A stretch of DNA of 64,000 nt from Hypanus sabinus (Eukaryota). Positions 34,835 to 47,268 of this stretch are shown here, in pieces. Where the stretch lies: contig NC_082706.1 of the NCBI RefSeq assembly GCF_030144855.1, positions 115,382,001 to 115,446,000 of the forward strand. Direction: 5' to 3'. The notes below the pieces were generated by a model that saw nothing but the letters and a program-made list of their open reading frames with translations, was not told the DNA's origin and did not search any database. The first letter of the stretch is position 1; every line of letters begins with the position of its first letter. The translations under genes and the position numbers were made by a program.

Positions 34835-35769
34835 ACACTCTGCTGGTTTTATATTCACTGGGGTGGCACAGTGATGCAGATTGTAGAGCTGTTGCCTCAT
34901 TCTCCAGTGAGCCAGTTCACCCTGACCTCCAAGAACAGTCTGACAGATCAGACTCAATGGGGCAAATGGCCTCTTTCTGCCCTTACGTCTTATTGTTTTC
35001 AGCTGCCAAAGTGTGCTTCGAAATCAAGTCTCTGGGTTAATAGTCTGAGCCTCAAGGTATTAGTCCAGTAAGCTAACTATTACACTAACTTGGTTCAAAC
35101 AAATCAACCGACAGTTTATATGGTGCCTTTGCTGTGCGCCGATTTGCAGCTACATTGCCTGCATTGCAGCAGCCACCCTACTTCAACTAAGCTACTTACA
35201 GATAGTCTACAGGTTCTCCCCTGCAGGGTGGCAGGTTAATTGCACACTGCCAACTGCCCCTAGGTGAGCGATGGAATCTGAGAATGTTTAATATCAGGAT
35301 TATACCTGAAGTTTACGAAGGTTAAAGGTTAAGCATGTTGCTTCCTCTGTTCAGGTATCTCACTTAAGTCGGATCTTCATTTGTCCACTTCACAAGAAAC
35401 AACGGAAACCTTTCAGTTCCGGTGGCAGCTACCTACTGCTGTCTACCACTGAAACCTATTTCCACACTGTTTCCTTTAACTTAGTACAAACTTCTTCTGT
35501 AAATACTTGTTCTATTCCACTGCTGAGATTCATCTAATCCCTGCTTACATCTAATTCCCACTGAAGAAATCCTCAGTTTGTTTCCAGCTTACATCATTAT
35601 CCACTCAGGCATGGGAGCATTACCACATTTTTGTTTCAGAGACCTTGTTGCATTTAGTTTACAGCACTGACTAAACTTTAAAAAACTTAATTGGCTATAA
35701 AGTAATTTGGAAAATCTTAAGGACATGAAAACTGATGTTTATCTTCTTTCTCTCCATAGGGGAACATAC

Positions 35770-36285
35770 CTGGTTAATGACCCATTTAAATTTTTTAACT
35801 ATTATTGTTATTCACCTATTCGAGCATTCATCTGGACCTGTCAATGATCTCTTTAAAATGTTAATTGTACCTGCTAATACACTACAGATATAGCAACTTT
35901 AAATTGTAAATAACCTATTTATGTGTGCCTACCTATGTTGTAATTCACTGCACACGTTGATGTTCTGTGCGCCTGTGCTCTTCCTGCTCTAAATTACTGG
36001 GCCTGTCAATGGGCCATTCAACTGCCAGTGGTCCATTTAACTGTGGCTGCCAATGATTTACTTAACTGCTCTTCCTCACGATCTATTTATTGAGGCCATC
36101 GGTGGGCCATATCAATGGTACTTGTCAGAGTTTATTTAACTGTGCCTGTCAGTGATCCACTTAACTCTGCTTGTTAATGTTGTATGCACTCTTGTATGTG
36201 CGTCATTTAATCATGTTTGTTCATAATCTATTTAATCGTGCATGTTTATGATCTATTCTACTGTATTTGTCAATAATCTTATTTG
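35770..36285. repeat. ancient degenerate 25-bp tandem repeat
   Basis: Approximate consensus TTTAACTGTGCCTGTCAATGATCCA; in-phase copies near 36036, 36061, 36135, 36160, 36206, 36231. Confidence 0.6.
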
Positions 36286-36649
36286 CTTCTCCAGAAGTCC
36301 TCGAGATGTACTGTCCACAACTTAGTGATGCCTGAGATGCAGGCTGCAGTTAAATCTGAGCCACAAGCATCTTTGATCCATGCTGTGCTGAGCTACTGTT
36401 CAAGCACTCTTTCTTCCTGCCTGAGCCAGCTATCTGAAGTTCCCCTGCGGCTCTGGAAGATGCTGCCCCGATCACTCGACTTGATCAGTCAGGGAGAAGC
36501 TTTTCTGGATAATGATCTCAGGAGGAAGACTACACCATCATACTCTCTTGTTTTTCATTACTTTCATCTACACTATCAATCAATGTTCTACGCTGACATC
36601 CCATAAGAAACAAAGACCATATTCTTAAAGGTATTATGAAAGTTAACGA

Positions 36650-37310
36650 GAAGTACCAGAACAGAGGAATGAGGCAGAAGAGAGCTAAAAAAATAAATGG
36701 GGAGCACGAGAAAGAGGTAGTAAGAGAGAGAGGTAGAGATGGACAGCAAGTGAAAGGGGTACTGAAAAGAAGAACGTGTGAAAAAGAGAGAGAATTGTAG
36801 TGAAAGAGAGGGGAATGAAACTGAAGAAGACAATAAGGGAGGTTTAGTGGAGAAGACAGTGATGAAGAGGCTTAGAGGAGAATAATGAGTGGGCAATGGA
36901 AAATAAAGTGGGGAGAGTAGGGGAAAAGCTATGAGATGATATCGCCGGATATGAATTAAAGTGTGATTTGATGTACAGCAGGGAGGGACTTTTGTATACT
37001 GTGGAGATAAAAGGAGCATTGTGGATGCAACAGTGGAGGTGAATGAGGAGGGGACAAGGGGTGAGAAAATGAAAGGGAAATAAAGGACAATGTTGAGTGG
37101 ACTAAGAGAGAATTGAGAGGATATCGAGCAAAAATGTTGAAGAGACCAGTGGGGGGAGGGGTCACCAATGAGTGTCTGCAGAGGATACAGTAGAGGAAAA
37201 TTAGGAGGGACAAAGTGGGAATGTGGAGGACACATTGCTGAGGAGGAAGAACAAGAGAAAATGAAGAAAGACTTGGAAAGAATAAGGAGTTAATTAGAGG
37301 AGAAAGGGTC
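36650..37310 (+). repeat. purine-rich low-complexity tract
   Basis: Strong A/G bias on the plus strand over about 650 bp. Confidence 0.7.
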
Positions 37311-37387
37311 AAATAATGTACATTCAAATCTTTTTGTTTATTCTGAATGGGTCTCAGCTTCAGAGTACTGGCCTTTACGATTTCAGG

Positions 37388-37573
37388 AAGACGAGAAAAT
37401 CTGCAGATGCTGGAAGTCCAAAGTAACACACAGAAAATGCTGGAAGAACTCGGCAGGCCAGGGAAAGAGTAAAAAAGGACCTAATGAAGGGTCTTGGCTC
37501 AAAACTTCGACAGTTTACTCTTCTATAGATGCTGCCTGGCCTGCTGAGCTCCTCCAGCATTTTGTGTGCACTG
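37388..37573. mobile_element. short fold-back PLE insertion
   Basis: Inverted pseudo-LTR ends; degenerate hammerhead CTAATGAAGGGTCTTGGCTCAAAACTTC; flanking repeat CTTTAC(G/A)ATTTCAGG at 37373-37387 and 37574-37588. Confidence 0.8.
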
Positions 37574-38149
37574 CTTTACAATTTCAGGTTGGGGTTTAAA
37601 TGCTTGGATTATTACAGCAACTGGCCACCAGCTTCTCTGTTTTCAATGAATGACTTATGTAAACATTCTGGCCCTGCTCCCATGACGAGTTCTAGACTCT
37701 CCTCCCCTTGTAGCCACTTGGTAAGTACTCATTTACCTTTGTCAGTGATATACTCAAACACCTCAGTACTGCTGACAATGATCTAAATATAACCTGTATC
37801 TGTTAAATATCTGTCAATGACTCACTTCAGCATTCACCACACCACTCGATAGTGAATACATGCTCTCCACTGTACATGTTAATAATCTATTTAGATATTC
37901 ATTTCCACCTGCCTTGCACTATTTGGATGCTCACTTGCACTTGACATGATTCATTTCACCATGGACTTGAATTCATCAAAGCTTCAGTTGAACACACACC
38001 TGTAGGGGCATATACATAGGGAAAATATTCTGTATATTGGATATATGAAATTTTAAAAGAAACATTAAATGTTAATTTTCCAGCACCCTGGACAATAGTT
38101 GTGATGAAAAATGCAGAGTTAATATTTCATATTGAATAGCAGTGGCTCA

Positions 38150-38610
38150 ACCAAACCGATCCTCATTTGCGTCATTGTCAACAAATTAAAAGAGTTTGTT
38201 ATTGATTTCAGGAAGGAGGAGGGTGTAAGTGCCCATATTCCTGTCCTCATCTGAGAGCTTCACATTCCTAGGAGTCAATGTCACCAATAGCTTGTCAAGC
38301 ATGCTTAACAATGCTTCTGAAGAAATATGGCATGTCTCTGTCAACCCTTACCAATTTTTATCAATGCACTAGAGAAAACATTCTGGAATAGCAACAGCTC
38401 AGCTGTGGCCACAAGAAACTGTAGAGATTTGTGAGCATAGTTCATCACATCACAGAAACCAGAAATCTTGATACTTCTCAAAGCCTCAGTAAAGCAGCCA
38501 GCATAGTAAAACCCCCCCACCCACCCTAGACACTCTCTGTTCTCCTCACTTCAACTGGGAAGAAGACAAGGCCTGAAAACACTGCCATCAGGCTTTTGGG
38601 CAGTCACTGT
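38150..38610 (+). mobile_element. Rex1/Babar-like LINE fragment
   Basis: KEFVIDFRK, SFTFLGVN, KAASIVK motifs. Confidence 0.65.
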
Positions 38611-39559
38611 GATGGATATACACTTTCCAGGGCACAAGATGCTTATTGCTGACCTCAGCTTTCTAGCATAGCATCCTGACATTTCCGAAGGGTCAGTGTT
38701 GTGTGTGATGAAGCCAAACTTCCAGCCAATATTCCTTGCTCAGCATCTTGTTGTAAACAAGGAAACAATTAAGTCTTGTTGGTCCATGTTCAATCATTGC
38801 GAGCTCTCACTTAAGAGAGAAGTGGCGTGAAATTTAAGAAGAGCTCGGGGTCTTTCAGGACTCTTCAGTGGGTTTCGTCATAGTGGTCTATTTGGTACTT
38901 GACAAAGGCCAATTAAAAAGAATTTAGATGTAAGCAGAGTGGTCAATGGGGCAGTGGCCATTGTATGAATGGATTACTGTTAGAGTTGTTAAGATTTGGC
39001 TCAAGAGGCTTAGGCTGTAATGGATATTCAATTCTTGGCCAGTAGGCATCTTTCACATTCTTGGTTATTTGCTAAGCTTTCTTCCTAAACACTGCATTTG
39101 CTGTTTGTAAGAACACAAACAAATAAACTTCCAACTAACAGTTTGACTTTTGGCTGAAAAGGGAAGTCAGTCTTCAGTTTTTGAAATGTAAACGGCAAGC
39201 ACTAATCACTTTGAAGTTAAAGCAAGTATTGTCTAAAGACCAGCTTTGCAAACAAGTCCTGTGGATAGTAGATGTTCAGCCTGGAAGAAGTAAGGTTTAG
39301 AATTATTATACCTGCTTTATTACTGCTGAACTTGTCCATGATGATTGGGTAGTTACAGTATTATCCCCCTTTACTGAAAGTATTCATGACTATTTATATC
39401 AGATAGGGCTTAAAATATTTTAGAGCTTTCATGCTCAGCAAACTCAATACAGCCAAAAGGTGAGAAGGGGCAAAGGCTGTAGTAAATTATTAGGAAGTTT
39501 TCTTCTTTCTTTGTCTATCAGTACACAGCTAATCTGGTGAGAATGGTCCAGAGTTAGTG

Positions 39560-40290
39560 GTACGTTTTTTGTGTGAGTTGTAGGAACTCCGAGAGACCAA
39601 CAGTCTACTAACAACTACGTTTGCATGAAGTGCATTCAGCTGCAGCTCCTTAAAGACCATGTTATGGAGCTGGAGCTACAGCTCGATGGTAGAATGCGGA
39701 GCTGGTAAGTAGTGCTATAGGAAGTTAGTCACCCCTACGTTGCAGGAGGCAGGTAGTTGGGTGACTGTCAGGAGAGGAAAAGGGAATAGGCAGCCAGTGC
39801 AGAGTACCCCTGTGGCCATTCCCCTCAACAATAAGTTTACCACTTTGGATACGGTTGAGAGGGAGAGCCTGGCAGGGGAAAACCTCAGTGACTAGGTCTC
39901 TGGCTCTGTCGCTCAGAAGGTAGTTCAAAAGATTGTGCAGCCATTAGTAGTGATCATTTAAGAATCACTAGGTTCTGAAATGGTTCAGGAGGACAGGAAA
40001 TTTGCAAATGTCATTCCACTCTTTAAGAAGGGAGGGAGGCAAAAGAAAGGAAATTGCAGGAGTTTTAGCCAGAGGATGGAGAAGTTCTTTGCCACAGGCA
40101 GCTGTGGAGGCCGGGTCAGTGGGTGTATTTAAGGCAGAGATTGATAAGTTCTTAATTATTTAGGGCGTAGAAGGTTACAGGGAGAAGCAGGAGAATGGAG
40201 TTGAGAGGATCAGCCAAGATGAAATGGCAAAGCAGGCTCACTGGGTCACATGGCCTAATTCTGTTCCTATGCATTATGGTCTTGTGGTAT
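39560..40290 (+). mobile_element. CR1 fragments (ORF1 N-part, ORF2 piece, 3' tail)
   Basis: CMKCIQLQLL..ELELQLD, IPLNNKFTTL, FANVIPLFKKG, tail GGCCTAATTCTGTTCCTAT..TTATGGTCT. Confidence 0.75.
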
Positions 40291-40499
40291 AATTCATTCC
40301 TTAATCTTTGGTTTCTGCAATAGGCAAGTCACTCATCTGCAGCTCATTGGTATGATAATTTTGTTCATAAGAATTGTAACTATGGAAATCCTTTGTAGTT
40401 TATAAATCTTTTGTAATTTGGAACTCTTTTATAAATCAGAAAATCCTCCGTCAGTGTTAAATGTGTATTGAAAACTATTTGCCTAAATTGAAACTCACC

Positions 40500-40755
40500 A
40501 ATTCGCAGCTCTTTACTTCAGTCCCACCCTCTCTCCCGGTTTCACCTATCACCTACCACCTTGTTCTTCTTCATCCCCTCCACCAACCTTCTTACTCTGA
40601 CTTCCCCCTTCCTTTCCAGTCCCGATGGAGGGTCTCGGCTCAAGACCTCGACTGTTCACCCTTCTTCATAGATGCTACCTGACCCGCTGAGTTCCTCCAG
40701 CATTTTGCATTTGTTGCTCTGGATCTCCAGCATTTGTTGGTTTTCTCGTGTTTGT
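40500..40755 (+). mobile_element. PLE pseudo-LTR with decayed hammerhead
   Basis: CAGTC-CCGATGGAGGGTCTCGGCTCAAGACCTC-GACTG then GCTGAGTTCCTCCAGCATTTTG. Confidence 0.75.
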
Positions 40756-41099
40756 GTATCATTAACACTAAACTAAGCTGTGCTTAAGATGTTGACAGCT
40801 AGATCTCACTGCAGAGAATAGACAGGGAAGTAAGATAGTCTTTGACGAGTAGATTATAACAGTTTAACCTGCCTATAGTGAGGTTTCCCATAGATCCCTG
40901 TATTGGATTGATATTTGGTAAATGTGTTTTTAAACATAGTAAGATTATTCCTGACTCCAATAACTACATGTACAGCAAGTCCACCAAATGAGTGAGCTGT
41001 TCATTTTTCAGAGTAGCTAGCCGGGATGTCGCAAGAGCTGGCCAGTGGTTCAGTGAAGGTGAGTTGGGCCATCTAGCTGGGATTGTCAAGAAGGGCCAC

Positions 41100-41375
41100 T
41101 GGGCAGAGATTTTGAGTCATGCTGTCCGACAGAACAATTCGAGTTGGGCCGTCAGGCAGAGGGATTCGAGTCAGGCTGTCGGGCCTGGAGATTTGTGTTG
41201 GGGTGTCGGGCCTGGAGATTCATGTTGGGGTGTCGGGCCTGGAGATTCACGTTGGGCTGTCGGGTCTGGGAATTGGAGTCAGGCTGTCAGGCCTGGAGAT
41301 TCATGTCGGGGTGTCAGGCACAGCGATTTGAGTTGGGCTTTTGGACAGAGGGATTTGTGTCAGGCTGTCAGGCCG
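41100..41375. repeat. 27-bp degenerate minisatellite (about 10 copies) inside an unclassified repeat ending in (ATTTG)n near 41909
   Basis: Unit approximately GGGCCTGGAGATTCATGTTGGGGTGTC; 9-aa periodic ORFs. Confidence 0.8.
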
Positions 41376-44145
41376 CAGATTGGGTTCGGAAGAGCTGACC
41401 TGGGTGCAGACCGTGCTGCTGTGTGCTACTGGGAGGCACTGGAGTTGGTGCGAAGGTGATGTGTAGTGGAACCATGAGTGACTGTCCTGGGCGTTTCTTT
41501 TATGATCACATGACCCTGTTGGGCATTGATTTTTGCAGGCCTGCTTCCCTTGTTTGGTGGTGCGACATGTGGTGAGGCAGCAGTGTCGCCTCAGTTGTGG
41601 CGAAGACTAAGCCTCAATCCTCGGGCTTGCTTTGAAGCATGGCATCTGGGTTCGGTTGGCAGTGGCCTCTCCTGTTGGTGCTGCTCTCTAGTGTTGGATT
41701 GGTGGAATTACAGGCTGGACTGCCAAGACCCATTGATTTGCAGGACTTGAAATAAAAATGTGTTTGCTTACGTGACTATATTCTATTTTTCTTCGTTTCT
41801 CATTATTTTGAATGTGTGTGTATATCTTGGCACTGGAGGAATGATATCTTATTCATTTGTATCGATGTATGGTTTGAATGACAATTAAACTCGATTTGAT
41901 TTGATTTGAGTTTTGGGCTTTGTGGACTGTGAACCCAATACCTTCACTCTTCTACCCCTCTGTTATAAGAGTACTGACTGTTTCTCTAGCTAAAATGGAC
42001 TCTTAACTTCACAATCATTAGAAGTTCTGTGCGGAATCTGTAAATAAATAATAAATCATGAGCCTGAACCTTACTGTTTACCTGCTCTGCATTGTCTCTG
42101 TAGCTGTTACAGTTTATTCTACACCGTTATTTTGTTTTACCTTGTGTCAAGCTCAATCTGACTGTGCGCACAGTATACAAAACAAGCCTTTCACTGTATC
42201 TTGGTATAAGTGAAATTAATAAACCAGTTCCAATTTACTTACTGAACACAAGTTCAAGATCAAATTTATTGTTATCTGATTGTACATATTTACAACCAAA
42301 CGAAACAATGTTCCTCCAGACCAAGGTGCACCCAAAAGACATATATCACACACAGCCTTGCAGCTTCCATACTACACAATGATGCAACCAGACAGGGCAC
42401 TCTTGGTGGTGCTCCAGTAGAAAGTTGTTAGAACAGGGTAAATTCTATGAAAAGCTGACGTTTGTAGTTCCCTATAGTCCCTGGCAAACACACTTATGAT
42501 CCTTCATTTTCAACAAATCTCTCAGGAATAATGATTTGTATTGCAAATGAGACATTTTGCATTATTCCTCCCAAAATATTTTAAGAAGGAAACTTCATCT
42601 TGTATCATTGTTGCTGCTTTCTCAGAAGTGCCTTTATAAGACCCAACAAAGTATTCTAGTGGAGGTTACCTCTTGATCTGTTGCGAGGAAAAGTACAGGT
42701 AATACAGTCTCCAAAGAATTCAGAAGTTCATTTGGTGAGAAATGAAAAAAGGTGATATTATTTTGTATCTGCTTGTTTCTGTTCTTGTATGATTTGTCTC
42801 AGAATGTTTTGCTCATTCATTACATTTATTCAAATTTGAGATTAGTAGACTTTAGGACAGGAAGGGAATCAGGTGATGGGGGGTTGTTCATCAGAACAAA
42901 ACCCAGTTGGAAGGTCAGCCATGAGTTAAATAATTTCAAAGAGACAGGAAAGACCAGACCCTGCTCCTAATCCTTATGTTATATTATAATGTTCTGCTGC
43001 TTCTCTTCTTTCTTTCTCTTTCAGGGACCTCATTTAGTTTTAATCATTGTGACCTTTTGTGCTCTGGAATGGCCTATCCTTGTGTGCCAGCTTTGAGTGA
43101 GATGTCGGGATTGCAGAATCCCTCTCTTAATGTTACACAGGAACGTTTCTTTCTATGTCTATTAGAATTTTTTTGTGTCTTTTTTTCCCCAATCTCACGA
43201 AGTTCCAACATGCAATTTGCAATTTACCAAGTTGTTCTAATTTTACTTTAAAGAATGGGAGCTGCTGCTGTTGTCAATAGCATAGATTCTTTGGCACCAA
43301 TTTAAATTGCACTGGTGAAGCCTAGCAACTACTTACAGGTGCCAAACAAAACAAAGAATAGAATTAATTACTTTGTTAACACTTTTTCTTGTAAAATTTA
43401 TGGTAAATGATGCCCACAAACATGAAGAGGAGAGCAAATGTAAGACTGAGTTGAGGGTCAAAGCGTGTGGGTGCACGGTCGAGTTAATAGAGGCAAGGTC
43501 GAGGTGAGGTCGAAGCATGTTCAAGGCAAAGTTGGACACGTGGAGCGGAGCAAAGTTGGGGTGGAGTAGAGGCAGTTTTGAGGCCTGTCCACCTAAATCG
43601 AGAATGAGGTTTGATTAATCCAAGTGCCGGGCCGATTTGGAAAGGTTGGCTGAAACGTGCTGGTGGGGTCTGGGCCCTGAGGGTATTGACGTGACAGGGC
43701 CCAGATCCTAGTCCTAGTGCAAGGAATGACCAGATGTTGGCTGGTTTAAAAGCCAGGCCAGATGGATTGAAAAGGCCGGGTGTTGTGATGAGAGACAAGC
43801 ATCAGGCTAGTTCTGCTCACAGATCCGCATTGTTTTTGTCAGCTCTGAGCTGAACTAAGGAAGAGTCTGTGGCCCACTCTGGCTGCTCCAGGCTTCATAT
43901 CTATTGACTCACTTTTGTTCTGAATGCTATTTGGTTACTTTTATTGTTTGTATAATTTGTTTATTTTTTTCTCTCTTCACATTGTGTCTTTATTGGTCTT
44001 TTTTTTAATGGGCTCTTTTGGGTTTCTTTGTTTTGTGGCTACCCGCAAGGAGACAAATCTCAAGGTTGTATAATGTATACATACAGTACCTGGAACTTCA
44101 AGCTTTGAAACTTGCTGTGTGCAATTTTATTAAGACCAGGAATAG

Positions 44146-45307
44146 TGTTACATACTCACAGTTTGAAAACGGGACAGTGGGATGATGTAATAGTTTTGTG
44201 AGTGGGATGATGTAATGGTCTTGTGAGTGGGATGATGTAATAGTTTTGTGAGTGGGATGATGTAATGGTCTTGTGAGTGGGATGATGTAATAGTTTTGTG
44301 AGTGGGATGATGTAATGGTCTTGTGAGTGGGATGATGTAATAGTTTTGTGAGTGGGATGATGTAATGGTCTTGTGAGTGGGATGATGTAATAGTTTTGTG
44401 AGTGGGATGATGTAATGGTCTTGTGAGTGGGATGATGTAATAGTTTTGTGAGTGGGATGATGTAATAGTTTTGTGAGCGGGATGATGTAATGGTCTTGTG
44501 AGTGGGATGATGTAATAGTTTTGTGAGTGGGATGATGTAATGGTCTTGTGAGTGGGATGATGTAATAGTTTTGTGAGTGGGATGATGTAATAGTCTCATG
44601 ACCGTGGGGTGATGCTGTGCCACGTGATGGCATGTTCCAAACGGTATTTAAACCAAAGCCCGCGACTGTGACGCAGTTCTCATTTTTTAATTTTTGATGC
44701 AATGTAGTTGTTGCTGGTCAGAGGTGTGGAGGCACCATCGGTTTTGTTTGTTACACGGTTATTTTTTCCCCCTTACAGTCCAATATCAGAGAGGCATTAC
44801 TGGTGTTATCTGAGTTCAAAGGATTGGATAAAGTTAATGTTGTTCAGCGATTTGGGGAATGATAGACATTTGTGACTTCATTCAGGAATTATGGCAAGCA
44901 CATTTGAGTTAAACCCCTGCAAGGGGGGGAAGTGACCACCCTCCAGTCAAAAGTTCAGTTCCTTTTATTTCCTCGTGATTTCTTCGGACAAGGAATCTCT
45001 TGGCTGTGGGATCAACAGACACGTCGTTACTTCGAAGGAATCATTGTTTCGGGGAAGTCTCTCCTTAATGACCATAAATCACATGGACTTCTGAATTTAT
45101 CACTTTAAGTCTGTGCTTGGATGAGAACTTGTTAAGAACAGATTCTACGTTTGACTGTTTGTTAGAGATTACTGCCTAACTGTTAACTTCCGGTTAAGTT
45201 AAGTCATTTGTTTACTTTTCTAAGTTTTGAGCAGAGGTTGATAAATCTCGGGATTTGTTTATAAACCCTGTCTCAGTTTCATATTGATTGCTGCTGCATT
45301 CGTAACA
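44146..45307. mobile_element. solo LTR with internal minisatellite
   Basis: TGTTAC...GTAACA termini, 4-bp TSD ATAG (44142-44145, 45308-45311). Confidence 0.8.
44176..44593. repeat. 25-bp minisatellite, 16 copies plus a partial, alternating A/B variants
   Basis: A=AGTGGGATGATGTAATAGTTTTGTG, B=AGTGGGATGATGTAATGGTCTTGTG. Confidence 0.97.
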
Positions 45308-45514
45308 ATAGGATTGTACAATTGTTAAAATAACAAGAAGAGTATTGTGCAAAGTCTTAGCTTGGAGTGATTACAATGGTGATACTAATTCTTAACTTTT
45401 GGTGGATTTTTATGTAGTGGTTTGTTTGGCCAATATTGAGCTGATAAATTTAAGTGCTTAATTATGCTATGTTGTTCACACAATCCTTTTACATTTTAAT
45501 CAAAATAAATTGAA

Positions 45515-46075
45515 ATTTCAATGTAAATTTATTATCAAAGTACATATATATCACCATATACAACCCAGAGATTCACCTTCTTGCACAGTAAATCCAAAAA
45601 ACACAATCGACTCAATGGAAGAGTCCACCAAAAGGACAAACAGCCAACGTGCAAAAGACAACAAACTGTGCAAGTACAAATAAAATAAATAATAATAAAT
45701 AAATAAGCCATAAATATTGAGAACATGAGATGAAAAGTCTTTGAAAGTGAATCCACAGGTTGTTGGAACAGTTCAGTGAAGGGGTGAGTGAGGATGAGTG
45801 AAGTTAACGCCTCTGGTCCAAGAGCCTGATGGTTGAGGAGAAACAGCTGCTCCCGAACCTGGCAGTGTGGGTCCTGAGGCTCCTGTACCTCCTTCCTGAT
45901 GGTGGCAGTTAGGAGAAAGCATGGCCTGGTGGTGGGGGTCCCTGATGACAGATGCTGCTCGGTGTAGATATGCTCAATGGCGGGGAGGGCCCTTCCCATG
46001 ATGGACTGGGGTATATCCGCTATTTTTTTAGGATTTTCCATTTAAGGGCATTGGTGTTTCCATACCAGGCTGCCA
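45515..46075 (-). mobile_element. Rex1/Babar-like LINE 3' end
   Basis: QSIMGRALPAIEHIY in ORF 45535-46041 and typical 3' UTR. Confidence 0.8.
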
Positions 46076-46229
46076 GTTTTTACAGTTGATTAACACTGGG
46101 CTATCAATGATGACCTTATATCAAATCTTGACTAGACCAGCCTGCACCGCATGCTATTATGAAAAGGATATTGAGGCAACAGAGAGAGGACAAGGATGAT
46201 CTACACTGATGGTGTCACTTTGCTTTCGG

Positions 46230-46870
46230 GAAGAGACGGTTGAGGGTAGCCTCTCAGTCAGAGCTTTCCTCTACAGACAACATATCGTTTGCAGTTGCAA
46301 TGGTTAAGGAAAAGGTCACCTACATATTTGTAGATTTGCTAAGAGAATGTGGGACAGATGCAAGGGCCCGTGACCCTCTTTGTCTACAACTGCTGTTTAA
46401 CAGGAATCTGATCTATGAGTTGTTTCTATGGACAGAAACTGAGACAGACATTGCTATGCTGGAAGGTGATCAACTTGATGATCACTTGGGCTTCACAAAG
46501 CCTGTGGCCTCCAAGCAGAGTGAGATGTCCACAAGGGAATGCTGCAGACTGGCACCATCTAGGCTGCAGGACTACGTGTTGAGAGATGCACTAAAACTTG
46601 GTGCCAACAACACTCATGGTGTGCGAGAAAGGAGCACAGTCCAGGTTTCTTCTGCCAGTAAACATGAAGGAGCAGGGAAACAATGAAAGCTCTTTTCGTT
46701 ATCACCTCAGGGGACCAAGTGAAGGGTAACGGTGCTACGTTTGCTTGCAATTTTCTTTCATGTTTGCACTACTGAATACATCAACCGGAAAGTAAAGGAT
46801 TTTTTTTTGCATTTTTTTTCTTCCTTTGAATATACTTTAAAATGAATGATGGTCTATTTTTGAAATAAAA
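46230..46870 (+). mobile_element. Tx1/L1-clade LINE ORF2 C-terminal remnant
   Basis: ECCRLAPSRLQDYVLRDALKLGA, decayed zinc-finger region, 3' end with AATAAA near 46863. Confidence 0.6.
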
Positions 46871-47220
46871 ATATCTTGAAAATTATGAGAAGTTTGGAAA
46901 CAGAGAGGATGTTACCATTTGTGGAAAATTCATAACCAGAAGCCATCAATATAGATGGTCATGAATAAATCAAACTAGGGGAATTCTGTGCAAGCTTCTG
47001 AACTCAGAGCTTGAAGTGAATGTGGAATTTGCTGCAACAGGGAGTGGCTGAGGAAAATAATCTAAACACATTTAACAGAAGGCTGGACAAGTTAATGAGG
47101 ATGAAGGCGATAGCAAATTACTCTTTTATATTGACCCGAGAACAAATGGAAAGTGGAGCAGAAACACTGGGATGAACAAGTTGGGGGAAATATGACATTC
47201 AGTCCTAGATAAAGCATACA
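46870..47220 (+). mobile_element. highly decayed CR1 3' end
   Basis: MLPFV..TRSH, QS..MWNLLQQGVAE..FNRRLDKLM. Confidence 0.55.
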
Positions 47221-47268
47221 GGTGATTTTCGGGACTGTACCTCTGCATGACTTCTTGATTTCAAGGTA

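Noticed and set aside
33750-34890. CRISPR-like array
   Set aside because: Units are near-identical with no unique spacers, no cas genes, eukaryotic context
36283-36606. 107-aa ORF in unique sequence
   Set aside because: No start ATG at the called position, no recognisable domain, no clear donor site
42997-43100. Possible exon after a strong polypyrimidine tract and CAG acceptor
   Set aside because: No recognisable protein in any frame and no partner exons; cannot be supported without RNA data
44148-44702. His/Thr-rich periodic ORFs
   Set aside because: Translation of the 25-bp minisatellite
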